Part shown: positions 13,301-25,300 of the stretch, one piece after another
Layout of the letters: the number at the start of each line of letters is the position of its first letter
Numbering within the stretch: position 1 is the stretch's first letter
Translations under genes and position numbers: made by a program
Source: Mobula hypostoma
Lineage: Eukaryota
Direction of reading: 5' to 3'
NCBI RefSeq assembly: GCF_963921235.1
Contig: NC_086097.1
Span: forward strand, 145,640,001-145,704,000
DNA length: 64,000 nt
The notes under the pieces: model-generated
The model's database searches: none
What the model saw: only the letters and a program-made list of their open reading frames with translations
Told to the model about the DNA's origin: nothing

Positions 13301-16300
13301 AAGGTTTTTAAACACCTTGCACAAGCCATGGTTTGAAAACTCAAAAGATACTTAAAACTTTCTTGCAAACACAATGGGATTCCAAATTGGCACAATCCAA
13401 TGTTAACTGCTCACATTTTTTCATCCTTCATTAGTGCCCATGATTTATTTCAACTGTAGTTATGATGCCAGCTTTTCTCTACAATTAAAGCTAATGAGCA
13501 TATGCTTTTCAATTTGTTACTGTAAACATGAGCATCACAGTTTACATTGAGAGAAATTTCACTGGAACTTTTTACTACATTCAATGACTAATTTTTCTGT
13601 GAAATTTCTCGCAGCAGTGCTTGCTTTAGCTACCTTTTAAAAAATATACACACACATTTCCCAAGATAATTTGCATAATAAATTATTTTTGAAAATATTG
13701 CTACTACTGTGCAGGCAAAGGTATTAACTTTGCCACAATACCTACTCTAAGACTTCATTCTTGGTGTCTATTTTATCAACGACTTCACGCAATAATTTTG
13801 CTTTCTCTTCACTGGAAAAAAATGAAAAGCAGAAATTACAATCACAAAGATATATTAAGAACAATACAATTGTATACTAATATTAGAATCAATGTTTACT
13901 TTTCAGTAACATAGCCCTGCATCAAAATTCCACATCTCATGCTCACCTGTACAGAGACGAGGCTTCGTGAGCTTCAATTGGTACCAATTTTGCAAAGATA
14001 TCAGGACCAGTCACATTTGGATCAGTTGGGTTAACAGGAAGGGCTTTTACCAGAGACGCTCCTATTAAAAATAGGTTATTACAGGATTTAAACTATCTGT
14101 ATTTATTTCCAAAAATAAAACTGCAATTAATGATAAACTATAGCTCTGTTGTTTATTGTGTAAGTTTCCAAATAAACAGCTTACTTTGAGGGCTTTATAT
14201 GAGACACAGTATTATCTAGATTACAGCAAGGAAAGTGTTTGAAATGAAGAATCCAGCATTTTTAATCCAGCAAAACGTGTTAGATGAGAGCTAGTATCTC
14301 TACATAACATCTTACATAGGGAGAAAAATTATTCGGCTTCATGAAAGAAATGCTCAAAATACTTGGTAGAATCATAGAAAACCTGCCTTTCACAGACGTC
14401 AGCGAATCAATGGGAGGAACAGCCTCATGGTAGATGAAATCATTATCCTTCTTGGCAGCAGTGTACCTACACACAAGAAAGGTTATTAAAACCGTAGGAA
14501 AAAAAATCTCCAATATTTCTCCAATATTTCTTCTCACCCAAACTTCAAAATGTGAAATATGTTGATAACACTATCAAGACAGAAGTGAAGTACTCCTCCA
14601 ACTGCATAATGAGACATCAACTAGAAAAGGTCCTCACAGTGGACCTAACAGCGTTAACTGATCTAGGATCAGTTACAGAGCAGGAAGTGACAAGCGAACC
14701 CTGAATGCAACTAGGGAATAAGATGCAGATTCACCTCATAGCACCAGGGCTTAGAATTAAAATTATAAAGTAATGGCGCATATATTTTGAATTTCTTTGA
14801 CAATTGTATAAATGTGGTGTGATGCTGTTGTGGGACATGCACTTTCAGTGATTATTTTCAACAGTGAATGGCATACTGGCTTTAAGATGTATCATAATAA
14901 TGGTGCTAGTTACGAGACACGTTACTTAACCTACTTATATTAATTGATTCTCATTTACACTTTTTGCTATCAAAAACTATTATGCAGAGGTCAGTCATTT
15001 TTTCTACCACATGCCACATACAGTGGGAGTGAGCCACAGCAACAACTAAATGGCAAAACTGCATTTTGTTTCAGCAGCACATTGAAAAGTGCAAGAGAGG
15101 GTAGAAATTGATTGCTTTACTTGTCAACCTTCAATATAAAGGTAGCTGCAAACTTCAGTATTATCCTTTGCACTTACATACCAAGCTTTGCCATTGATAA
15201 TTTTTATTTCCATTAGTTATTTCAGTGTTTTATTTAATCAATGGATTTTTTAAATTAACATTAAAGATAAAAATAATGACAAGTGGCTTGTTTCATTATC
15301 ACCATTACTGATCCTAGTTTTCTTAATTATTAAGTCAAAGGGCATTAAACAGGGTAAATATAGAGAAAGCCAGAACAAGCAGCACAATCTAAAATTTTGT
15401 ATGAGGCCATTGAGGACTGAGATTGTAAATAGTTTTACCAAACTACAGGACAAATCTCATGTACAAAGACCAAGAATTTTATTATAGCATAAAATCAAGG
15501 ACACAGACCAAGTGTGGAAGCAAGGGAGGAGGAGAAGATGGCGCAATGCAGTGCGCGCGGCCTCTCCAGTGAATGATATCTGTAATCTGTCAAGTAGGGT
15601 ACCGTGCACAATTCTGATTTGATGGAGGCAGACGTGAGAGTACGGAGGAACATCTGGAGAAACTTCTGAAATGCCCGCCTCGCTGCCGCTGCTACTGTGT
15701 GGTAACCGGAATCTCCGGAGCAGAAGGCCCCGAATCCTCGGCTTTGCTTGTTTCAGAGGTTGAAGGCGCTTGGCAGAGGATGGCGCTCAGGAGGCTGTAT
15801 CGGAGGGGCTGGTCGGAGGCTCGAAGTTTTCGGATGGACAGACTCAGTGTCGGCTGTGGTCGGGTACTTCCAATGCATCCGCAAGTTGTCGGTGCCTGGA
15901 GGTTTATGGCAGGGAGTTTCTCCCTTTTGCCGCCTGCTACCAGGAACTCGGGAGTCGATCGGGACGTGACTTTTTTTTACCGTACCCATGGTCTGTTCTT
16001 TATGAAATTATGGTACTGCTTTGCACTGCTGTAACTATATGTTATAATTATGTGTCAGTGTTAGTCTTTGGTCTGTCCTGTTTTTCTGTGATATCACTCT
16101 AGAGGAACGTTGTATCATTTCTTAATGCATGTATGCATTTCTAAATGACAATAAAAAAGGACTGAGTGTTCTCATAATCTAATCTAATCTAAAAAAAAAT
16201 TGCCAATGATTACCGACAGGAGTTCTCCACATACCAACACACATCAACGTTGCTGGTGAACGCAGCAGGCCAGGCAGCATCTCTAGGAAGAGGTACAGTC

Positions 16301-19300
16301 GACGTTTCAGGCCGAGACCCTTCGTCAGGAACAGCCTGAAACGTCGACTGCACCTCTTCCTAGAGATGCTGCCTGGCCTGCTGCGTTCACCAGCAACTTT
16401 GATGTGTGTTGCTTGAAATTCCAGCATCTGCAGAATTCCTGTTGTCTCTACATACCATGTGGGTTTCCTTCCACATTCCAAACACGTACTGGTTAGGATT
16501 AGTAAATTGTGGGTATGCTGTCTTGGCCGTGGAAGCATGGTGATACTTGACCTCTGCTCCCAACAATCCTCTGACTGTGTTGGTCACTGATGCAAAAGAC
16601 CGTGTGTTTCGATATACAATTGAGAAATAAAGCTAATCTAATCTTAACTCAAGTGCTTAGACAGTGAATTCTAGTTAATTGTAGACATCCCACCTCTCCC
16701 AGAAGTTCCAGGAGTCTCTCGCATATTGATGGCAGCTTCCTGAAACCCACAAATTATATACAATATCCCGGAAATTTATTTTTTTGAGAGGGAGAGCGGG
16801 AGCGGGAGATCGAGAGCGATCATCCTGATTGGTCTCTCTTTGTGCTAAGTAGACCTATCAGTTTTCTCTGTGGGCAGGCTTTACAGTCAACGTCTGTCCT
16901 CCATCAGTTAAGTTTCATGTCCTGCACCGCCATGGCAGAGTGTTTCAAAAAAATATATAAAACGCACTTCACCCCAGACTACGTTAAAGTGTATCCCTGC
17001 CTAATAGGGGTAAAAAAATAATGACAATGTTGCTCGTTGCACTGTTTGCAACAGTGACTTTGCTATTGCCCAAATGACTGTAAAAGACATGTTGAGGCGA
17101 GTTTAACAGGTGTCATTCATTCATTAGCATAGCTAACAATATTTAAACTAGCTGGCTAGCTGCTAAGGAGCCACTCTATTGATGTCCTACGTGATGAGGC
17201 CCAACTCCCTGTAGACATGCTTAAAGTTGTAATAGAATTAAAAAAAACTCCATGATAAAGATAGCAGAATCAAGGGATATGAGGAGAAGGCAAGATCGGG
17301 GTACTGATTGTGGATGATCAGCCATGATCACAGTGAATGGCGGTGCTGGCTTGGATGGCCTACTCCTGCACCTACTGTCTATTGATAATATAATATAAAA
17401 AAAGTGCAGAAATAGCAAAAAACTATGCCTGCTCATCAACCAAGACAGCAGCAATTGTGAATATGGCACTGGAATATTCAGAGGATCCGTACAAGTCCAT
17501 CCAGACAGAAAAAAGGCCATACAGTATTTTGGTTGATGAAAGCAACGATATCATGTGTGAGAAGGAATGTACTACTTTAGCCAGGTACTAGAATGAAACA
17601 CAGGATAAGGTAACAGTTGGATTTGTAGACATGCCAGTGTGCAATGATGCCAAAGCTGAAAACATATTCAACTGCATTGCACCATCCGTACATGACAAAG
17701 GCCTTGAATGGTCTAACCGTGTAGGATTTAGCAGTGACAACTGCAATGTGATGATTGGCAAAAACAACTCTGTCTTATCAAGAGTGAAAGCACAAGCCCC
17801 TCATATTTACAGCGTTGGCTGTCCAAGTCACCTGGTTAACATTTGTGCCAAAACTGCTGCTAAGGAGCTCTCAATGTCACCTGAACAACTGCTCATTGAC
17901 ATCTACTACTACTTTGAGAAAAGTTCCAAAGAGAAGACTTAAAACAGTCTGAAGAGTTCTGCAATGTTGCCCAGGAGAGATTACAAAAGTATTGTCCTAC
18001 ACGCTGGCTTTCTTTAGGAAAAGGTTTGGGCCATCTGCTCCACCAATGGCCAGCCTTATTTCATATTTTGAGTCAAAGAGTGAGAATCAGAAGTCATCTC
18101 ATATTCAGAAGAGGCTGAAAGACCCCCAAATGAAAATATACACTTGCTTTCTCCATAATGTCACACAATGTTTTGACAAATTCAATTTGATTTTTCAAAA
18201 CAAGGCACCTATCCTCTTCAAGTTGGATCAGAGTGTAGAAGAGCTCCTGCATGACATAGCAAGCAGATTTATTGAGCCAAAGGTTTTGAGAGAACAGAAC
18301 ATTCAGGAGAAAGATGTGAGCAACCCTGAAATTCACTACCCAGATGAAGAGCTTTTTACTGGGTACCTGGCAAGGAGGCAGTTGCTAAGAGAGGAAGCAC
18401 AAGAGATTCCCCCCTTACAAGACAAAGCAGTTCTTCAAAGATGGCAAAGCATTTTATGTCAGGTGCTTTCAATAAATCTTGGAGAAGTTCCCAATGAGAG
18501 ACCAAATCTTGAAAAATCTGTCAGTGGTCATCTTGGCTCTCTGTATTGAGGTGAATCCAGACCAGATTTTGACTTTGGCAGAGAGATTTCCAAATGTGAT
18601 CGCAGCAGATGCAAAAGAAGAGCTCCACTTGGAAGTCCTGGATTATGTCTCAACTAACCTTGAAGGACTGATGCCAAACTACAAAAGTTTGCCAGTTGAT
18701 GAGTTCTGGGGTTCTATATGAGATATGTAGATATAGATATGTAGATATAGATATGTAGATATAGATATGTAGATATAGATATGTAGATATAGATACGTAG
18801 ATATAGATACGTAGATATAGATACGTAGATATAGATATGTAGATATAGATATATAAAAATAAATAGTTTCAAAATGTGATCAAATAAATTGTTGGGTTCT
18901 TTCCTAATCAAATGTCCTGCATACATGCACCCTTGGAGGTCGACCCGGGGGAGGAAGGGGATATGGGGTTGTGGGGGGTGGGGGTGGGGGTGCTACCTCC
19001 CTGAAATGAGTTTCTGCAGGGTGGGATGTCTGTAATTGGGACACCTTGGGGCCAGTATATTTTGGCCCAATGAAAGCAGCTTCCCCAACTAGCCAAGGTT
19101 TCTTGGAAATAGTTAAAAAGGGATAAAAAGGACAATCTACTGTTTAAGTAACAAATTATGTACATATTTAAATGAAGTACAGAACAAATTAGACCACCAA
19201 AACTACTACAGTACTATGGAACTGTATTAGTTCCAAAGAGTTATCGACAGAGGAATTAATTTAGTGTCCACTGCTGTGTTCTATTGATTGACTGTAAATG

Positions 19301-22300
19301 AACAAAATCAGTACAGACATCAAGCAGATAATGGACTGTCTTCAAACAATGCTTTCAATGATTACATCCTCCAAATCTTCATTTCCATTGTAACATTCAA
19401 GATCTTCGTAGGTCCTAACTTGCTGAAATACTGAAACAGTTTCATTTTCATTCCTGACCATTTTTAGCATCTCCGCACCTGAAACTGCAGTGAGCGAAAC
19501 AATTCTGAATTATCTTTCTGCTTTTTTCTTGCCAACTTTTAGTGACAAAAATCACTGCTTTTTGAACACAAACACGTGACGCTATTTAAAAATAGCTCAC
19601 TCTAAGCATGCTGTGTCTAATGGCCACACGACTGATGCTAGTTAGAAACTTTTCAGCAACAGTCTCCTGTTTCCAATTAAGCAGCATAATGTCGCACATA
19701 TACAAAGGTGATCCCAGCTATTTTCTCTATTTGTTTTTGTTCTTTAGGAGTTGGCCCACATAAGCAGCTGCCCAATTAACTGTAATCCATTGTAAATAGA
19801 GTTTAGGTACAATTGTATACTATAGGTTTTTCTTAAGGTTAGGAATGAGTGGAAGGAGGAATAAGGGTGGATGGTGGTCAGAGAAAGAGGGATGAAGAAG
19901 AGAATGAAGCATTTATCCAAATGTCCTATCCTGACTTGTTATCTTGTGATCATTGTGGTAAACTGCCAAACAGAAACATGATTAGATTACTAATGTCATT
20001 TTGACTGAATGTTCAGTCATTTTTCCTTGCAGATTATAAAGCTGGTTAGAGTCTCTTTAAGCATTCCTTTAAAATTTCGAGACTTCCAGTAAGATGACGA
20101 CAAGCGAGAATACAGCGGCTTCTCGGGGGGGCCAACCAAAGGTGCTTTATTTCTTTGTAAAATTTGTGTTTTTTCTTTACAATCCAAAGACAATTCTACT
20201 CCAACAGCATTGGGTGCTGCAGGGCTACTCCACTGGTGATAGTTGAAGGGGGTTGGCCCCAGTGTTGGACAGAGAGCTGGCCAAGTATCAAAGGTGTCAC
20301 GGAGCCCACTGGGATGTCAAAGGAGCCAGTTTGGGTACAGACAGTTGACCTGGCTGCTGCCTGCTAGTCAGAAGCACTAGAGTTGGTGCAGTATAACTGT
20401 GGGAGATTGTCTTGGACATTGCACTTACGATCACAAGACTCTGTTGGACAATGATAACGCAAGTTGCTGCGGGCCCGTTACCCTTGTCTGGTGGAGGGAC
20501 AGACAACACAGGAGCTGTGTAGCCTCAGTTGAGGCGAGGACTAGGTCTCAAGCTTTGGGTTGCCTGCTGCTGCAGACCAGGTGAGAGATGAGGAAGCATT
20601 TACAGCATGGTGTCTGAGCTCAGCTGGGTCCTGGCCTCTGCTGTCGGTGCTGCCCTGTCATGTTGAGCTGTGGAATGACAAGCTGGATTACATGCATCTG
20701 CACACTGCCAGGAGTACCATCAACTGAGCGACATTGTCGCTCAGAATCATGGACTATATATGTTTTTTGTCCACCGAGTGAACATGATTCTTTGCTCGCT
20801 ATTTTGATTACATTACTCACTATTTTTGACTGTTTGCTCGCTATTTTGAATATTTTGCACCTTGGCCCTCGTCTCGTTCACTGTATCTATGTATGGTTTG
20901 AATAATAATTAAACTTGATTTGATTTGAAAATTTCAAATATCTTAATTATGCTTGCAGAGCATGTCCTCATCATGGACATTTACAAATTTTCCTGAAGTA
21001 AGCTAAAACATTTAGCTTGATCCCATTTGGAAAAGCAAAGCAAAATGTCTTAGCTATATTTCAATTAGAGAGCATGGATTGCTTCAGTTAGAGAGAGACT
21101 GGCAAACTGCATCTGGAATACTGCGTACAGCACTGGTCTCCATGCAGAAGGAACCATGTAAATACATTATAAACATTTCAGGCTACGTCAACCACAGCAA
21201 TACCAGAAATGAGGAAGGTAGGTTTGTACAGGGAAGGCTTGTATCTGCTGGAGAGAGAAGGGATCTAATTGAAACAAGACTCATAAGTATCTTAACAGGA
21301 TATAAGTGAAGAAAATACTTTCTCTAGTGGAAGAGGTAGTAGTCACTGTTTAAAAATGAGGGAAGGAGGTCACAAACAAGGCAAACATTCCTCTCTCCGT
21401 CAGTCATCTTTGGAAATCTCTTAATTAAAAGACAGAAAAAGCATTTTTTGAATTTTTTTTAAGGGATGGTTGGAAAGATTCTTGTTAAAGGGGGTGAAAG
21501 ATCACTGGAGTAGGTAAAATGAGGAACAGAGATTACAATCAAATCAGCCATGATCTTATGAAAGACACAGCAGACTCAAGGGACCATATGCCCTGTGTCT
21601 GTTCAAATTCCTATGCTCATAGTTCTGGCAGAAAGGATATTCTGTTCAGTGAACACAGCAAACTAAGTTCCAGTTTTACAAAAGCGAAATCTTTCCACTA
21701 TCAGATTAATTATTCAATTTTAGCTTGTTACATTACCTCCTTAACCAATGCTTAAAATGTCCATTGTGCAAAGCTGACAACCAAAACCAAGTCTCCCAAT
21801 GATGTCCCAATGGAATGCAGAGATCTACTTTCCTATTCATCCTTAGAATTCACCAATTTTAATTTTCTAAAATATTTATTTCACCTTCTGTAAAACTACT
21901 AGAGCATATTCTTTCAAAAGATTTCAAAATATAAAACTATTCAATGAAAATAAATGAGTACTACTTTTTCTCCATAAGACACAAGATCCAGAGAAAATTA
22001 AGAAGGGCTAAAATTACAGATGGATAACAGGCGCACACCAAGAAATCAAGTTACCCACAGTTTTTGAATTCAATATTAAGCAATTTCACACCTCCCCAGG
22101 TTCTTACCACACCCCCCCCCCCAGATACTTCTTCCTCTCTGGGAGAAAGGCTGAACATTTCCAATTTTTCTTTCAGATTTCAACATTTGCAGTTACTTAT
22201 CTGCAGTTATTTATTTTTATTTTCTCATGAAATACAAGTTCATATCAGAAGAGTGCCAATTTTAATTCAACTTGCAAATGGATCCAAGCACAAAAAAGTT

Positions 22301-25300
22301 CTTACTTTAAACAAGAGTATCACTGGGACTTACAGTACATGGACTCTTGGAGCATTGTACTGAATTACATTGGATCAAACATACTATATCAGTATATAGT
22401 ATATATACACACAAGATAAGGAAAACTGAGGGGGAAACTTTCTACTTCTGCTGCTACACTACACAAAATGAGTAAGAAGCACAGTAATTTTTTTGATTAC
22501 TTACTTTCCTCCAATTACATCCATAGTAAATCGCAATGCTTCTTGTACAGTCTCTGGCTGCCCCTAAAGAAAGGGGAAAAGTTCTTGGTCAATTTTTTGT
22601 ATTGGAGACTAGTATCAAATTAAATGCAGGTGCAACAATTGACAACTCCTTCCCTATCCACCAACACAGGGCACATTTTCAAATCTATTTTTATACGTCT
22701 TTCCCTTGAATTCTCATTTATTGAAATCACACAGTATTAAGATGATTTTACACCTGCTAGTGCTTTTATATTCTCCAGCTTTAAATTACAGTAATGTAAA
22801 CAGTACAAGTGCAAAAAAAAAGTAGAGCATTTACCTCATGCACCTAAGCTACTATTTTACTCAACACACATCTCCTTTTACTGACTATATCCCTTGATTC
22901 ATAAAAGCAAAAAAGAGAAAATAGGAGAAGGCCACTCAAGTCTCTGCCATCGTTCAGAATCAGGTTTATTATGTGAAATGTGTTGTGGCAGCAGTACAGT
23001 GCAAGATAACAATTATTACAAGTTACAAAAATAAATCAGGTGAAACAAGGCTAATCAACCTCAATATCGTATTCTTCCTCTTTCTCAAACTCTGATATCA
23101 TTTAAGGAGATAAATTTCTAGATGTAAGCTTATTCAACGGCTTGGTAGTGAATTCCATGGTTCACCGACATCTCAATGAAACCTTTTCTCATCTTATAAT
23201 TATTCCTCATTGTCTATTACTCCTTCCAAGTTTTCAATTTGAAGACAACTCTCAAAGAAAACTACTTTGACAAGATCTTAAATGGACCTCATGTTCAGTA
23301 CCAGAATTTCCACTGAATAATTCCCCATCAGTAAACCAATTTTAAAACACCAGCAGCACTGAGCTTTTGAGAGAATTTTTAACAAATTTTAAGATTGATG
23401 GATTCTAATATTACTTCTTGCTTAAAACTCTTAAGGTTAGATTCACTTGAAGCCTTAACTCAAGAAATAGAAGGAATTGAGGAGAATTACAGAACCCTTA
23501 TAAAAGGAAAATATTAGCTAGAATACACAATGTGCTTTAGACAATGACTTCAGTCCAACCAAATCACACTGATCTTAGTGCATATGTACAATATCAAGTT
23601 TCACCAACCAAAAGAAACATTCAGTAAAGTTAGAAACTGAAAGTGAGAGCAAAATTTAAGGTTTAAATAAATGCAGGAAACTCAGAATTACAGTAAATGT
23701 TCTATGTTCACAGATCTGCCCGCATCCTCCTGGCAATGAGGTTATGAAACCTACACTCACAACACGCTGGAGGAACTCAGCAGGTCGGGCAGCATCTGTG
23801 GAAAAGATCGGTCGACGTTTCGGGCCGGAACCCTTCGTCAGGACTGAGGAGGGAAGGGGCAGAGGCCCTATAAAGGAGGTGGGGGGAGGGTGGGAAGGAG
23901 AAGGCTGGTAGGTTCCAGGTGAAAAACCAGTAAGGGGTGGGGGAGGGGAAGCAGGGAGGTGAAGAAAGAATAGGGGAAAACACAATGGGTAGTAGAAGGT
24001 TATAAAACCTGTAGTGAGGAGGACGTTGACAAGTGAGCACTTCATTAGGTTGAAGTGCTAATTTATTTCCTTTAAGAAATAAATTCAAAATAGCTTAATA
24101 TGATACAATCACATCATTTTGTACTGTTTACCAGGCATTCTTTATATAAACAAGCTGGAGCTTACCTTTGCATACTTCATTGCTTCATTCAACTTATCTA
24201 ATGAACTTTGAAAGTAAGCAAGCTGCAACAACAGAACAAGAGTCATTTGTAAATATTCTACAATGTAGTTAAGCAGATGTGAAAATTTTAATGTAAAGTC
24301 ATATTCATTTTACAAATCGAGGGGAAAATTAATATGTTCTGCTCACCCTTTCTCCATATTTCTGTTGTTCCTCTGACTGTTTGCCCATATGAAGCTATAA
24401 TAAAGTACAAAAAGTTTTCAGATTGGTAGTTAGCAAGAATCACAAAGTAGTCCAGTGACTAGAAAAAGGAAATAACAATGATACTGTGTCCATTACATTT
24501 ATGGAACAAGTTGCTGTCCCAACTGAAGTAGCAATAGTAGAAAACATTCAAAATAAATATCCCATACCTATGCTACATTGGAAAAGCACAATTGGCAATA
24601 GCTTCCCTTTCAAGTGACTAACAATTTGCAACAGTGATCTTAAATATTAAAAGGGTACAAAAAAGTCAGTTTGAAAGTCTCCTAAACTTTTAGCCATATG
24701 ATAGATATTTTTCCCCACCTGTAAGCTTAATTAAGTAACTATTACAATTTTGGTTTAAAACTGACCTTGAAACAATAGGCACTTTGAGTAATCTAATGAA
24801 ATGGCAACAATTACTGCAGGGAACTTCAAATAATTGATAAACTCTGCAGAAAAGATTACATCATTTGCAAAATCAGGTCATGGCATGAATGTTCAGAAGT
24901 ACTGAACACAACGTAAAGTTCCTCTTTTTCCTTTAATTAGAAGGGAGTCCTTGAAACACCTTTGGATACTTACACTGCCTTACAAAGTCATACAATGAAG
25001 GTCATATTGGTGCCAGCTCTCTACCAGAGAAACTCATTTTGTTTCCTATTGAAAATCACAATTACGCTTGTCTCCACCATATCTGTAATTAAAACGTTCC
25101 AGTTTCGATCAGACATTACACAAAAATATTTTTTCTTTCACTTTATACCCAAGACCTCTAGACCGCCACCAAACTGAACATCCTCCCATTATCTGCTCTG
25201 TCCAGACTCATCACCTTGTATCCTTCAGGAATCTTCCCTCAGCCTTCTCTCCTCTAAAGTAAAAGAAACTGTCTCTAAGCTAAATCTCGTGACTGCAGCC

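Larger units (their letters stand above)
16682..19032 (+). mobile_element. hAT-superfamily transposon with degenerate transposase and a 6-bp TSD
   Basis: TIRs TAGACATCCCACC / GGTGGGATGTCTG; TAATTG on both sides; YSILVDESND, FSSDNCNVMIG and CPSH (CxxH) motifs. Confidence 0.85.
16662..19792. mobile_element. Tigger/pogo-like non-autonomous element, split by the nested hAT
   Basis: CAGTGAATTCTAGTTAATTG continues as GGACAC at 19039; right end AATTAACTGTAATCCATTG+TA. Confidence 0.72.

Noticed and set aside
18714..18926. Repetitive Tyr/Ile ORF, or a CRISPR-like array
   Set aside because: A simple 14-bp tandem repeat with no spacers, in eukaryotic DNA
23850..23960. G-quadruplex-prone purine tract
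   Set aside because: Part of the repeat body of copy D; no independent evidence of function
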